A stretch of 64,000 nt of DNA. Origin: an uncultured Gemmatimonadaceae bacterium (GTDB lineage: Bacteria > Gemmatimonadota > Gemmatimonadetes > Gemmatimonadales > Gemmatimonadaceae). The notes under the pieces are model-generated. The model saw nothing but the letters and a program-made list of their open reading frames with translations, did not search any database and was not told the origin of the DNA. Below are positions 52,517 through 63,299 of this stretch, in pieces (within the stretch, counting starts at the first letter, position 1; every line of letters starts with the position of its first letter). Where the stretch lies: the NCBI GenBank assembly GCA_963716745.1, contig OY970320.1, positions 2,656,001-2,720,000 on the forward strand, given 5' to 3'. The position numbers were made by a program, and so were the translations under genes.

Positions 52517-54981
52517 GACTGAACTCGCTCGTCCTCCAGAATTTCCGGCAGCACGCCGACACGAAGCTGAGCTTCGACGGCGGGCTCACCGGCATCATCG
52601 GCCCGAACGGCTCGGGGAAGACCACGATCCTCGAGGCGATCGCGTGGGCGATCTACGGGAACGCCGCGGCGCGCGGCACGCGCGAGACGATCCGCTTCAA
52701 CCGTGCTGGCGCCCGCGCGAGCGTGCGCGTGGAACTGGACTTCGATCTCGCGGGGCACCGCTACCGAGTGGTGCGCGGACTCACGAACGCGGAGCTGTTC
52801 CTGGACGGCGCGGCATCGCCGATCGCCGATTCGGTGAGCGGCGTGTCCGACCTGCTCACGCGCCGGCTCGGCATGACGCGCGAGGAATTCTTCAACACGT
52901 ATTTCACGGGGCAGAAGGAACTCTCGGTGATGGCGGCGATGGGCCCGTCGGAGCGGGGGCAGTTCCTCTCGCACGTGCTGGGCTACGAGCGGCTGCGCGC
53001 GGCGCAGGACATTCTGCGCGAGAAGCGGCGCTCGATCGTTTCCGAGCTGGCGGGGCTGCGGCAGGGGATGTCGGATCCCGATGCGGTGATGCGGCAACAC
53101 TCGGAGGCGGAACGGCGGCTGGCCGATTCGAGCGAGCGTGCGCGCGTGTCGCGCGCCGGCCACGCGCAGGCGGCCGCTCGCGTAGCGGAGTTGCGGCCGC
53201 CGTGGGAGAAGATGCAGCGCGAGCGCGAACAGTTGCAGGCCGTGCTGTCGGAGCTGCGCGTTGCGGAAGGCGAGGCGCAGGCGCTGCAGCGCGACGACGA
53301 CCGCCTGGCCCGCGATCTCGCGGAGACGGCACACGCGCGCGCCGAGCGGGAATCGCTCACGCGCGAACTCGAGGGCTATCCGGCGCTGCATCTCGAGTTC
53401 CAGAAACTGGAGGCGCTCGCGCGCGATGAAGGGCGGCGTCTCACACTGCTCGAGACGCGCGCCGCGCTCACCGACGAGATCGTGCGGCTGCGCGAGCGCC
53501 GCAGCAAGCTCGAGACGGCGCCCAAGCTGGAGACCGAGAACACCGGCATCCTCGAGGAGAAACAGGAAGCGCTCGTGGAGGTGGACGGCAAACTCGAAGC
53601 GCGGCGCACGGAGTGGGTGCGCGATAAGCAGGAAGCCGAGACCAAGCGCGAGGCGCTGCGCACACAGTTCCAGGAGCTGAAGCAGCAGCGCGAACGCCTC
53701 GAAGCGGCGGGCGAGATGGGCGCTTGCCCCACGTGCGCGCGGCCGCTCGCCGGGAATCTGCGCTCGGTGCTCGACCTGCTCGACGGGCAGATGGAAACGG
53801 TGCGCGTGGACGGCCTGTATTACAAAGGCCGCCTCGAGCAGCTGCTCACGATGCCCGACGATGTGAAAGCGCTCGACGAACAGCGCCGCGCGCTCTTCGC
53901 CGAAGTGGGGCAAGTGGAGCGGAAGCTCGTGAAGGTGCAGCTCGCGGTGCAGGAGTTGTCGCAGATCGGCGGCGATCTCGCCGCGAAGGAGGAACGCGAC
54001 GCGCAACTCGCGCGCGAGCTCGAGGCGGTGCCGGCCGGCTACGACGCGGCGCGCCACGTGGTGGTGCGCCAGGAGCTCGACCGCCTCATGCCGATCGACG
54101 CGCGCGCGACGCGCCTGTCCGCGCAGGTGGAGCGCGAGCCCGGGCTCGCGCGCGAGCACGCGCAATTGCGCGAGCAGATCGTCGCGCTCGCGACGCGGAT
54201 CGACGCGCTGCGCACGCGGCGCGACGCCGTGACGGTGCCCGAAGCGGAATTCAATGCGAAGCGCGAGGACTTCGAGCGCGCGAGCACGGAGATGCGCGCG
54301 GTGGAACTCACCGTGGTGCAGGCCGAGAGCGATGCGCAGAACGCCGCGTCGGCGCTCGAGGTCGCGGAGCGTTCGGCGCGCGATCTCGCCGACCGTCAGC
54401 GGCTGCTGAGCGACCTGAACGATCAGAAGCGGCTCCACGACGAACTCGACCGCGCGTACACCGATCTGCGCACCGATCTGAATTTCCAGCTGCGCCCCGA
54501 ACTGTCCGAGATCGCGAGCGCGTTCCTGTCGGATCTCACCGACGGCCGCTACGGCGAGATCGAGCTCGACGACAACTACGAGATCAAGGTGCTCGAGGAC
54601 GGCGTGCCGAAGCCCGTGATCTCCGGTGGCGAGGAGGATCTCGCGAACCTCGTGCTGCGTCTCGCGATCTCGCAGATGATCGCCGAGCGAGCGGGGCAGC
54701 CGTTCGCGCTGCTGGTGCTCGACGAGATCTTCGGCTCGCTCGACGAGCTGCACCGGGAGAGCGTGCTCGATCTGCTGCGGCGGCTGCAGGATCGCTTCGA
54801 GCAGGTGATCCTCATCACGCACATCGAGAGCGTGCGCGACATGCTCGACCACGTCGTGATGGTGCGCTTCAACGAGGAGACGGGCGCAAGCGTGGTCACA
54901 CAGGAAGACATCGTGGCGCTGCCGCCCGTGGAAGGCGGCGCCGATCCCGCGGCGGCGCTCGTGCTCGTGAAGGCGAGCTGA
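52513..54981 (+). CDS. sbcC: SbcC/Rad50 SMC-family ATPase
   Basis: GPNGSGKTT, coiled coils, zinc hook CPTC, ISGGE, LVLDEIFGSLD, LITH. Confidence 0.93.
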   Translation: MRLNSLVLQNFRQHADTKLSFDGGLTGIIGPNGSGKTTILEAIAWAIYGNAAARGTRETIRFNRAGARASVRVELDFDLAGHRYRVVRGLTNAELFLDGAASPIADSVSGVSDLLTRRLGMTREEFFNTYFTGQKELSVMAAMGPSERGQFLSHVLGYERLRAAQDILREKRRSIVSELAGLRQGMSDPDAVMRQHSEAERRLADSSERARVSRAGHAQAAARVAELRPPWEKMQREREQLQAVLSELRVAEGEAQALQRDDDRLARDLAETAHARAERESLTRELEGYPALHLEFQKLEALARDEGRRLTLLETRAALTDEIVRLRERRSKLETAPKLETENTGILEEKQEALVEVDGKLEARRTEWVRDKQEAETKREALRTQFQELKQQRERLEAAGEMGACPTCARPLAGNLRSVLDLLDGQMETVRVDGLYYKGRLEQLLTMPDDVKALDEQRRALFAEVGQVERKLVKVQLAVQELSQIGGDLAAKEERDAQLARELEAVPAGYDAARHVVVRQELDRLMPIDARATRLSAQVEREPGLAREHAQLREQIVALATRIDALRTRRDAVTVPEAEFNAKREDFERASTEMRAVELTVVQAESDAQNAASALEVAERSARDLADRQRLLSDLNDQKRLHDELDRAYTDLRTDLNFQLRPELSEIASAFLSDLTDGRYGEIELDDNYEIKVLEDGVPKPVISGGEEDLANLVLRLAISQMIAERAGQPFALLVLDEIFGSLDELHRESVLDLLRRLQDRFEQVILITHIESVRDMLDHVVMVRFNEETGASVVTQEDIVALPPVEGGADPAAALVLVKAS

Positions 54982-55952
54982 TGGCCGTGGCGCACACGCC
55001 CCGCTCGCCGCGGCCGAGTGGGCCGCACGAGGCGCGCGCATCCGACGCACCGGCGCTGAACCAGGTGTTCAGCGACGCGTTCACCGAACGCTACCGGCGC
55101 GACGGCCTCGTGGGCGTGCGCGTGCCGTTCTTGAATCCGGCCATTTGGAGATTCGCGATCGAGGACGCGGCGGGCGGCGCGCAGATCTGGCGAGATGAGC
55201 GCGGCGACATCGCGGCGTTCAACATCGCGCACGCGTCGGGGGCGGAAGGGTGGATGGGCCCGCTCGCGGTGCGGCCGGACATCCAGGGCGCGGGCATCGG
55301 GAAGCTCGTGGTGACGAGTGCGAGCGATTGGCTCGTGCGCGCGGGGTGCAGCACCATTGGCCTCGAGACCATGCCGCGCACGATGGACAATATTGGATTC
55401 TACTCGTCGCTGGGATATCTGCCGGGGAATCTCACGATCACCGTCACAGTGGATGCGGCGCCGGCCGTGCGCCCTCCGCACCTGCTGAGCCGGCTCGGCG
55501 CGCGCGCGCAGGATGACGCGGTGGAAGAGTGCTTCGCGCTCACGCACGCGCTGATCCCGGGTCGCGACTATTCGCGCGAGATCAGACTCACGCAAACGCT
55601 CGGGCTCGGCGAGACCGTGCTCTTCCGCGACGGCGACCGGCTCACGGGCTTCGCGCTGTCACACACCGCGCCGCTGGTGGAAGGGCGCGCGCTGGACGAG
55701 ATGCGCGTGTTGAAATTGGTGCTCGAGAGCGACGCGCTCATTCCCGCCGCGATCTCCGCGCTCGCGGAACTCGCGCGACGGCATCATGCGCGGCGTGTCG
55801 CGATCCGCGCGCAGACGGATTATCCCGAGGGATACCGCCGGCTCATCGAAGCCGGCGCGCGAGTGCGTTGGACCGACCTGCGCATGACCCTCGGCGGATT
55901 CGCCGAGCCGCGCGCGGCGCGTGGGATTGTTTGGAGCAACTGGGAAATCTAG
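54981..55952 (+). CDS. GNAT family N-acetyltransferase
   Basis: TGATG overlap with sbcC; MGPLAVRPDIQGAGIGK acetyl-CoA motif, NIGFYSSLGY. Confidence 0.85.
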   Translation: MAVAHTPRSPRPSGPHEARASDAPALNQVFSDAFTERYRRDGLVGVRVPFLNPAIWRFAIEDAAGGAQIWRDERGDIAAFNIAHASGAEGWMGPLAVRPDIQGAGIGKLVVTSASDWLVRAGCSTIGLETMPRTMDNIGFYSSLGYLPGNLTITVTVDAAPAVRPPHLLSRLGARAQDDAVEECFALTHALIPGRDYSREIRLTQTLGLGETVLFRDGDRLTGFALSHTAPLVEGRALDEMRVLKLVLESDALIPAAISALAELARRHHARRVAIRAQTDYPEGYRRLIEAGARVRWTDLRMTLGGFAEPRAARGIVWSNWEI

Positions 55953-55979
55953 GTCGTCGCGATACAGCTTGCGGTCGCG

Positions 55980-56615
55980 CTATCGGTTGAATCCGACGCC
56001 GAGCCCAGCGAAGAGGAGCGACTGCCGGGCCGAAGCGCCGGGGACTCCCGGCACAGAGCTCGAAGACAGCTGCCGCTCATAGCTGAGGAACGGCGCCATG
56101 AGGATCCCGGCATTGCCGAGCCGCACGTCGTATCCGATGCCAAGACCCGCCGCGATCCCGCCATTGGAAAACGGCAGATAGGTGCCTGCGCCACCGCCCG
56201 GGTTGTTCCCGCTGAAGTAGGTCGCGTTGTATGTGGAGTACCCCAGATTTCCCTTCAACCAGAGATGACTGTACGTCTCGTCATAGAACGCGGCGGACGC
56301 CGAGTAAAAGACCGCCGAGCTGTTGCAGCATCCGAAATCGATGGTGCCCTCGCCGGGGTGGGCCACGTAGTCCACCTCGGCTCCGAGGCGCCAGCGGTGA
56401 CTCAGCATGTACCCCAACGTCAGCGTGTACGTGCCTGTGGCGCTATTCGCGCTGTTCAGGTTCGTCGCCTCTACGATGGAGGCGCCATAAGCGGCGCCCA
56501 GCATTCCGTAGAAACCGGTTCGTTCCGGGGGCGAGCTCGACGAAGCTTGAGCTGTCAGAGCGGGCGCGAGCATTGAGAGCGGCGCGAGGGCAAGCAGCCA
56601 ACGATGTATGCGCAT
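55980..56615 (-). CDS. Small outer-membrane beta-barrel protein
   Basis: Signal peptide; strands LTLGYML, WRLGAEVDY, LWLKGNLGYS, AGLGIGYDVR, terminal FAGLGVGF. Confidence 0.72.
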   Translation of the reverse strand: MRIHRWLLALAPLSMLAPALTAQASSSSPPERTGFYGMLGAAYGASIVEATNLNSANSATGTYTLTLGYMLSHRWRLGAEVDYVAHPGEGTIDFGCCNSSAVFYSASAAFYDETYSHLWLKGNLGYSTYNATYFSGNNPGGGAGTYLPFSNGGIAAGLGIGYDVRLGNAGILMAPFLSYERQLSSSSVPGVPGASARQSLLFAGLGVGFNR

Positions 56616-56733
56616 ACGACCTCCTGGTTCAATGGCGCTTCTCAGATGGATCACTTACACCCCGAGTTCAACCCATCCACACTCGTACGCGGGTGCCAGC
56701 GAATAGGTCTGCGGAGCGCGCATGCTCGCGACC

Positions 56734-57156
56734 TTAGATTCCTTCCTTCCTTCGCGCTCGGTACCGGCGTAGCGTCCACCAGCCCGCGGCGTACGCGCCG
56801 CCGCCCACCATGCCGATGATCGCAGCGATGACAAGGTCGCCCCGCCGAGGGGAGACGCCATATTGCAACGCCATTGTTGTTGGAACCGCAACGAATCCGA
56901 CTAGTATTCCGGCCGCGATCGCTCCGCGTCGCGTCGACAAGAAAAGAGGTCTTACCATCCCCAGGCACGCACCCCCGAACACGGCGCAGACGGCGCCGAC
57001 GAGCAGTATGCGCGGGAGCACAATCCGAATGGGACCGACCAGCCCGTATCGTTGTCGATCGAAGAGCACCGCGTCGACAACGTCCGAGGCGATGAGGATG
57101 GTTGCGAGCACCAAACCCCTCGAAACGCCCCACGCGAGATCGGCTCGTCGGCTCAC
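56734..57156 (-). CDS. Hypothetical membrane protein (~4 TM)
   Basis: Four hydrophobic segments; GGAGG-like RBS; co-oriented with neighbours. Confidence 0.55.
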   Translation of the reverse strand: MSRRADLAWGVSRGLVLATILIASDVVDAVLFDRQRYGLVGPIRIVLPRILLVGAVCAVFGGACLGMVRPLFLSTRRGAIAAGILVGFVAVPTTMALQYGVSPRRGDLVIAAIIGMVGGGAYAAGWWTLRRYRARRKEGI

Positions 57157-57183
57157 GATCGGCCCTCCGTTGAGTAATTGTTG

Positions 57184-59220
57184 CTAGTCCCGCCCACTCA
57201 CCGGCGGAGCTCCCGGCTTCACGGCCGCCACGGGCTTGATGAACTTGTCGCACCACGCGACGAACCTCACGAGATAATCCTGCCGGAAACTCGGCACGGT
57301 GAGTCCGTGATACTGCCCGGGATACACGATGAGCTCGGTCTGAATGCCGAGCGTGCGCAGCGCCTGGTACATCTGCTCGCCGCCAACCACGGGCACGTTC
57401 GCATCGAGCTGTCCGCCCAGGAATAGCGTCGGCGTTTTGATCTTGTCGGCGTGGAAGAACGGATACGACACCTTCATCCACGCATCCTGAGCCTTCCAGG
57501 GCGCGCCGAGTTCGAGTTCGTACTGCACGACGTACTCATCGACGCCGTACATCGAGAGCTGGTTCGCGCTGCCGGCGCCGCTCACGGCCGCCTTGAAGCG
57601 CGTGGTGGTCGCGATCGAATAGTCGGTGAGGATGCCGCCGTAGCTCCAGCCGCCGATCGCGAGCTTCGATGAATCGGCGATGCCGCTGCGCACGGCCTGG
57701 TCCACGGCACCCATGAGATCGAGCACTTCGAGATGCCCCCAGTCGGCGAAGATCGCTTTCTGGTACGCGGCGCCGCGCCCCGAACTGCCGCGATAGTTCG
57801 GCGAGACCACGGTGTAGCCGTTCGCCGCGAACCACTGCCGCGCGAAGTTGAAGCTGTAGTTGTCCTGCCCGTTCGGGCCGCCGTGAACGTAGAGGATCAT
57901 CGGCGTCGCTCCCTGCGCGCCCACGGGCCGCACGACGACGCTGTGCACCTCGGTGCCATCGGAGCTCTTGGAGGTTTGATCCGTCGTCGGCGCGAGCTGC
58001 AGCGTCGCGAATAACGAATCGTTCTGGTGCGACAGCTGCCGCACGTTCGCGCCATCCACGGCGAATACTTCGTTCGGACGGTCGAACGTGGTGATGAGCG
58101 CCGCGATGCGCGCCTGCGCCGAGCGCGGCGCGGAGAACGCGTTCACGACGCGCCGGCCGCCGGTGATCACCGTCGCTTTGCCGTCCGCGATATTCACCCG
58201 CACGATGCTCTCGGTGCGGTCGTCGGACATGAGCGCGATCACGCTCGCGCCGTCGGCGGTGAACACCGGATCCTGCAGCGGGCGGTCGAGCGCCGTGGTG
58301 AGGACTCTGGGCGCCGAGCTGCCGTCGCTCTTTACGATGGCGAGCTTGTCGAGCTGGTAGGCGTACCACTTGGGCTCGTCGGTGCGCAGGAAGGCGATCC
58401 ATGCGCCGTCGGGGCTCCACGCCGGCGGACCGCGGTCGGGGCCGGGAAGATTCGTGAGATTACGCGGCGTGCCGGGCGATGCGACGTCGAGCACGAACAC
58501 ATCCGAGCCCTCGCCGACGCCGGGTTCCGGCGCGGGTGAGCGAATGAACGCGATGCGTTTGCCGTCGGGGCTCCAGCGCGGTTGTTCGTCATCTTCCATG
58601 CCGCGCGTGAGCGTGTCGAGCTTCTTGCTCGCGACATCGATGAGCAGGATGTGGCTGCGCGACGGCGTGAGGTAACCTTCCACGTCGCGCTTGAACGCGT
58701 ATCGCGTGATCTCGATCGGCCGCTTCTTCGTAGTGTCCTTCTTCGCGGTGTCGGGATCGAGGTCGGCCACGAGCGCGAGCATCTTGCCGTCGGGCGACCA
58801 CTCCATGCTCGAAACGCCGTCCTTGATCATCGTCAGGCGCTGCGCCTCGCCGCCGCGGCGGTCGAGCAGCCATACCTGCGCGCCTTTGCTCTCCTGGCGC
58901 CCGGAAAGGAACGCGAGATACCGCCCGTCGGGACTCCAGCGCGGCGTGCTCTCGCGCTCGGGCGTGCTTGTGAGATGGATGGTCTCTTTGCCGTCCCAGC
59001 TGGTCATCCAGAGGTCCGCGTCGCTCTTGTCCTTCGCGCTGTCGATCGTGGTGACGGTGTACGCCACCCATGCGCCGTCGGGCGAGAGCTGCGGATCGGA
59101 CACGGCCTTGATCTTGAGCAGATCGCTCGCGCGCACGGGGCGCGGCGCGGTCTGCGCGGCCAACGGAAGCGCGAGCGAGAGCGCGGCGCCGATCAGCGTC
59201 TGACGGAACATTGCGGTCAT
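57184..59220 (-). CDS. S9 family peptidase (acylaminoacyl/dipeptidyl peptidase) with beta-propeller
   Basis: Signal peptide; repeated WSPDG, VHGGP, NYRGSSG, GGWSYGG nucleophile, YPGQYHG. Confidence 0.95.
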   Translation of the reverse strand: MTAMFRQTLIGAALSLALPLAAQTAPRPVRASDLLKIKAVSDPQLSPDGAWVAYTVTTIDSAKDKSDADLWMTSWDGKETIHLTSTPERESTPRWSPDGRYLAFLSGRQESKGAQVWLLDRRGGEAQRLTMIKDGVSSMEWSPDGKMLALVADLDPDTAKKDTTKKRPIEITRYAFKRDVEGYLTPSRSHILLIDVASKKLDTLTRGMEDDEQPRWSPDGKRIAFIRSPAPEPGVGEGSDVFVLDVASPGTPRNLTNLPGPDRGPPAWSPDGAWIAFLRTDEPKWYAYQLDKLAIVKSDGSSAPRVLTTALDRPLQDPVFTADGASVIALMSDDRTESIVRVNIADGKATVITGGRRVVNAFSAPRSAQARIAALITTFDRPNEVFAVDGANVRQLSHQNDSLFATLQLAPTTDQTSKSSDGTEVHSVVVRPVGAQGATPMILYVHGGPNGQDNYSFNFARQWFAANGYTVVSPNYRGSSGRGAAYQKAIFADWGHLEVLDLMGAVDQAVRSGIADSSKLAIGGWSYGGILTDYSIATTTRFKAAVSGAGSANQLSMYGVDEYVVQYELELGAPWKAQDAWMKVSYPFFHADKIKTPTLFLGGQLDANVPVVGGEQMYQALRTLGIQTELIVYPGQYHGLTVPSFRQDYLVRFVAWCDKFIKPVAAVKPGAPPVSGRD

Positions 59221-59224
59221 GGAC

Positions 59225-60169
59225 TCACCGGAAGAGGGAACGGAGCGCGTCACCGGCGGTGAGCGCGCGGAGATAACTCAGCAATGTCGCGTCAAGCGGC
59301 GTCGGCACGATGCCGAATTCGCTCTGGAGCGCGTTGTCGGGAGTGACATTGTCACTCTTGAGCAACGCTAGCAAGCCCGTGGTCACGGGCGGATTCGGGA
59401 GCACGCGCTGCGCGATCGCGACGAGCGGCTTTAGCACCGACACGGGCGCGCTCACCAACGTGCGGCGCGCGCCCATCGCCGCCAAGACGCGCTGTGCGAT
59501 CTCACGCAGCGACAGCGGTTCGGGGCCGCCGATCGCGTAAGCTTTGCCGATCGTGCTATCTCGCTCGAGCGCGATCGCGATGCACTGCGCCACATTATCC
59601 ACCGCGACCGGCTGGAATCGCGCCGTGCCACCGCCGGGCAACGGATACACCACGGGCGACAACCGCACGAGCCGCGCCAGCACGTTCACGAATTCATCCT
59701 CGGGGCCGAAGATCACGCTCGGTCTCAACGCCGTGAAGGCGAGTCCGCTCGCGCGCACCGCATCCTCGGCGAGTCCCTTGCTCCGCAGGAAGCGATGCGG
59801 GGATGCGCTCGACGCGCCGTTCTGCGACATGTGAACGACGCGCTTTACGCCGGCATTCTGCGCGGCAGCGAGCAGCGCCGCGGTCGCATCGGTATTCACC
59901 GCTTCGTACGTCTGCCCGGCGCGCTCAATGGCGATCGCGGCGCAATGGACGATCGCATTCGCGCCGCGCACGGCGGCGGCGACCGCGGCGGGGTCGCGAA
60001 GGTCCCCTATGGCGTAATCAACTGGCGTCGCGGCGACCAGAGTCGCCTTCGCCCTGTCGCGCACCATCGCGCGCACCGTCCACCCCCGCGCCGCGAGCGC
60101 GCGGCATGTGTGCGATCCGACGAATCCCGCGGCCCCGGTCACGACCACGGTGCCGCGCACGCCGCTCAC
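59225..60169 (-). CDS. NAD(P)-binding epimerase/dehydratase, NDUFA9-like
   Basis: VTGAAGFVG, FLRSKGLAE, LRPSVIFGPED, RFQPVAV. Confidence 0.88.
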   Translation of the reverse strand: MSGVRGTVVVTGAAGFVGSHTCRALAARGWTVRAMVRDRAKATLVAATPVDYAIGDLRDPAAVAAAVRGANAIVHCAAIAIERAGQTYEAVNTDATAALLAAAQNAGVKRVVHMSQNGASSASPHRFLRSKGLAEDAVRASGLAFTALRPSVIFGPEDEFVNVLARLVRLSPVVYPLPGGGTARFQPVAVDNVAQCIAIALERDSTIGKAYAIGGPEPLSLREIAQRVLAAMGARRTLVSAPVSVLKPLVAIAQRVLPNPPVTTGLLALLKSDNVTPDNALQSEFGIVPTPLDATLLSYLRALTAGDALRSLFR

Positions 60170-60345
60170 ACGCGCGGCCGCGCGTCGCTGCGCACGATGC
60201 GCCAGAACAGCAGCGACACGCCGAGCGTCAGCAGCAGGTGGATCCAGCCCCAGCCGGCGCCGAAGAAGGTGACGTACGCCCACACGCCGAGCATGAGCGC
60301 GGCGAGCGGGTACGCGATACGGAACAACAATTGCGGCAGCGTCAT
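60166..60345 (-). CDS. Small membrane protein (59 aa)
   Basis: Manual translation MTLPQLLFRIAYPLAALMLGVWAYVTFFGAGWGWIHLLLTLGVSLLFWRIVRSDARPRV*; GGAGA RBS; GTGA overlap with next gene. Confidence 0.7.
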   Translation of the reverse strand: MTLPQLLFRIAYPLAALMLGVWAYVTFFGAGWGWIHLLLTLGVSLLFWRIVRSDARPRV

Positions 60346-60357
60346 GAATTTCTCCGA

Positions 60358-60386
60358 TTGACGCCCCGCGCGCCGCTCCCTACATT
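60358..60386 (+). promoter_or_regulatory. Sigma70-type promoter
   Basis: TTGACG (60358-63), exactly 17-nt spacer, TACATT (60381-86). Confidence 0.7.
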
Positions 60387-60392
60387 CGGCAT

Positions 60393-60582
60393 CGAGCAGT
60401 GATTGGGGCGAAGAGATTCCATTTTTGAGCCAACAAGTCTCTCGGGTGGGTTCGATAATCTATGCTGACGTCATGCCCCGTACGGGGAAGGCGGAAGGCG
60501 TGGTGAGGACCTCATACATTCGACGGGGCTTCAAAAACCCTCTTCGTTCCTCCCCTTCGGGCTCCGTCGAAAGACGGGGCCC
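60393..60582 (+). ncRNA. ssrS: Probable 6S RNA (or similar rod-shaped sRNA)
   Basis: Downstream of the promoter; 5'/3' pairings cgaagag/ctcttcg and tttttgagcc/ggcttcaaaaa, central unpaired region, apical ccccgtacgggg; 3' GAAA hairpin 60559-60582; no credible ORF. Confidence 0.55.
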
Positions 60583-60587
60583 GATCG

Positions 60588-61746
60588 TCATCCGGCGCCT
60601 CGCGGCCGCCGCCATAGCTCCATGAGTATCCGCGGCGCCACCGGTTTGAGCCAGGGCCATGCCGACACCAATCCGACCGCCCATGCGCCGTACGCGTACG
60701 TGACCGGCACGCGCCAGTGCGGCATGAGGAATTGCGCGAGCCAGAGCACGAAGAGCACGGCGGCGTTCCACCATTCGAACTTCATGTTCAGAAGCAGCAG
60801 CACCGCGACCACGCTCTGCATGAGCGTGAGCAATATCTCGTCGCGCTGCGCGCCGTCGAACGGCAGGCTCGCCGGTACGCCGCGCGCCACCGAGAACGCA
60901 ATCGGGATCATCGCCGCGAGCGCGGTCCATTGATTGATGTTGCTCGACATCATGTTCATCATCGCCATCGGCGCCTTATTCGGCCGGCTCGCCCAGTGGA
61001 ACGCACTCACCTTCTCGGGGAACTCGCTCACGAACGGCGCCACCCACTGCACGAACACGAACTGGCTGACGCCGAACGCGGCCGCGAGTGCGAGCATCGA
61101 TTCCAGGAACGGGTGCGCGGTGAAATAGATGAGCGCGCCGCCCACGACGAATAATCCCGTGATCGCGACGCCGCGCCACCGGCCCGGGCCGCGAATAGGC
61201 CCAGCGCGACACCCACGGCGCTTCGGCCAACCCTTCTTCGCGCTCGGGCGGCATCCGCCAGAGCACGGCGAGATAGCCGAAGTACATCGCGATGAGCACG
61301 GCCGCATCCACCGGTCCGATCGAACCCTTGTACCAGATCCACACGAAATACAGCAGGGGCGGCACGGTGCCGAGCACTTCCACCGCGTGCTCGTCGTCGA
61401 GGTGGATCGCGCCGAGGCGCTTGCCGCGGCGGCGCGAGTACACGGCCGCCACTGCGTAGATCATCGGCCAGCCGAGTCCGACCAGCAGGCGAATGGCGCC
61501 GGTGAAATTCGCGATCGCGAGATGCGAGGTGCAGCCGGGAGGCGGCATGGACACGAAGCACGACGGCGCGTCGTGCCCCGCGTGCCAGGCGATCACCGCC
61601 TCCACCGCGAATTCGGGCAGCGTCTGCAGCCAGGCGAGGATCGCGAGCGCGAGCCCCTGCGACATCATGAACTGCGCCGCCTCGGCACCCCATGCCACGA
61701 GGAAGGCGCTGAGCAGCATGCTCGGGAAGGTCCAGAGCGCCGTCAT
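60588..61746 (-). CDS. Na+/Ca2+ antiporter (CaCA family; frameshift near 61185)
   Basis: Alpha-repeat-like LQTLPEFAVEA and APFVSEFPEK...SSNINQWT; ~10 TM. Confidence 0.82.
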
Positions 61747-61886
61747 TGCGGAGGCGGCGGCGCTGGACGCCGCTGCGCTCGCTAGCTTGATTCTGAGAAG
61801 GAGCCCGGGCAATTCGTTCCGTCTCGCGGTAGAGAGGAGTGAGCGCCCGCGGAAGGTAGCGCGACGGCCGATATGAGGGCAACGCC

Positions 61887-62576
61887 ATGACGACGAATTC
61901 CGCCGACGGCACGGGCGCGCCACGGGTGCGCCGCTCGAAGGAATTGGAAGACCTGCACGAATCGCGCGCCGCATGGGCGCACGATCTCGACGCCGCACCG
62001 GAACGGAATCCGGAATTCGAGGGCATCGTGCATCGCATGATCGAGCTGATCGGCGAGAATCCGGCGCGCGAGGGACTGCTCAAGACGCCCGAGCGCGTCG
62101 CGAACTCGCTCACCTGGCTCACGCGCGGCTACGATCTCAATGTCAACGATGTCGTCGGCGACGCCGTGTTCGAGGAGTCGCATTCGAGCATGGTGATGGT
62201 GCGCGACATCGAGGTCTATTCGCTGTGCGAGCATCACGTGCTGCCGTTCTTCGGGAAGGCACACGTCGCGTACATCCCCGATGGGCGCATCGTGGGATTG
62301 TCCAAGCTCCCGCGCATCGTGGAAGTGTTCGCTCGGCGGCTGCAGGTGCAGGAGCGTCTCACCGAGCAGATCGCGCAGGCGGTGGAAGACGTGCTGAATC
62401 CCAAGGGCGTGGGCGTGGTGATCGAGGCGTATCACCTGTGCATGATGATGCGCGGCGTGCAGAAGCAGAATTCGCAAACGGTCACGTCAGCGGTGCGGGG
62501 ACTCTTCCGCAGCGATCCGCGCACGCGCGAGGAATTCCTGTCGCTCACGCAGTCGCGCGCGTCGATGCTCCGTTGA
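61887..62576 (+). CDS. folE: GTP cyclohydrolase I
   Basis: [50 protein letters not shown]. Confidence 0.97.
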   Translation: MTTNSADGTGAPRVRRSKELEDLHESRAAWAHDLDAAPERNPEFEGIVHRMIELIGENPAREGLLKTPERVANSLTWLTRGYDLNVNDVVGDAVFEESHSSMVMVRDIEVYSLCEHHVLPFFGKAHVAYIPDGRIVGLSKLPRIVEVFARRLQVQERLTEQIAQAVEDVLNPKGVGVVIEAYHLCMMMRGVQKQNSQTVTSAVRGLFRSDPRTREEFLSLTQSRASMLR

Positions 62577-63292
62577 GCGACGCGCTCGCGGGCCGCACGG
62601 CGATCGTCACCGGCGCCTCGCGCGGGATCGGCGCGGCGACGGCTCGCGCGCTGTCCGCCGCGGGCGCGCGAGTGGCGTTGTTCGCGCGGAGCGGGGACGC
62701 GATCAAGAAGCTCGCGGCGGAACTCGGCGGCGGCGCGCTGGCGCGTGCCGTGCGATCTCACCGACGAGGCTGCCGTGACCCGCGCCGTCGCCGCGGCCGG
62801 CGAAGCGTTCGGCGATGCGGCGGAGATCATCGTGAACAACGCCGGCATCTTCGCGCCGGCGCCGCTCGCCGAGATCACCGTGGCATCGTTCCGCGACACG
62901 ATCGCGACCAACCTCGTGGCGCCCTTCCTGCTCGTGCGCGCGGTGTTGCCGCGCCTCGTCGAGCGCGGCAATGGGCACCTCGTCACGATCGGCTCGGCGG
63001 CGGACCGCATGGCCTATCCCGAGAACGGTCGTACTCCGCGAGCCGCTACGGCGCGCGCGGCTTGCATGAGGTGATGCGCGCCGAGCTGCGCGGCACCGGC
63101 GTGCGCACCACGCTCGTGTCGCCCGCTTCCGTGGACACGTCGATCTGGGACAAGGTGGACAGAGCGGGCAAAGGCCGCTTCCCCTCGCGCGACGCAATGC
63201 TCGCGGCCGACGATGTTGCCGCGGCGGTACTCTACGCGGTCACGCAGCCGCCGCGCGTGAACATCGACGAGCTGCGCCTCTCGCGCGCGTAG
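62573..63292 (+). CDS. SDR family oxidoreductase (frameshifts near 62745 and 63030)
   Basis: [19 protein letters not shown] (YxxxK-like), [13 protein letters not shown]. Confidence 0.87.
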   Translation: MSDALAGRTAIVTGASRGIGAATARALSAAGARVALFARSGDAIKKLAAELGGGALARAVRSHRRGCRDPRRRRGRRSVRRCGGDHREQRRHLRAGAARRDHRGIVPRHDRDQPRGALPARARGVAAPRRARQWAPRHDRLGGGPHGLSRERSYSASRYGARGLHEVMRAELRGTGVRTTLVSPASVDTSIWDKVDRAGKGRFPSRDAMLAADDVAAAVLYAVTQPPRVNIDELRLSRA

Positions 63293-63299
63293 CACCGCC

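Noticed and set aside
51313..55952. SbcD-SbcC-GNAT as an anti-phage system
   Set aside because: Canonical SbcCD motifs, host-like composition and no defence-island context.
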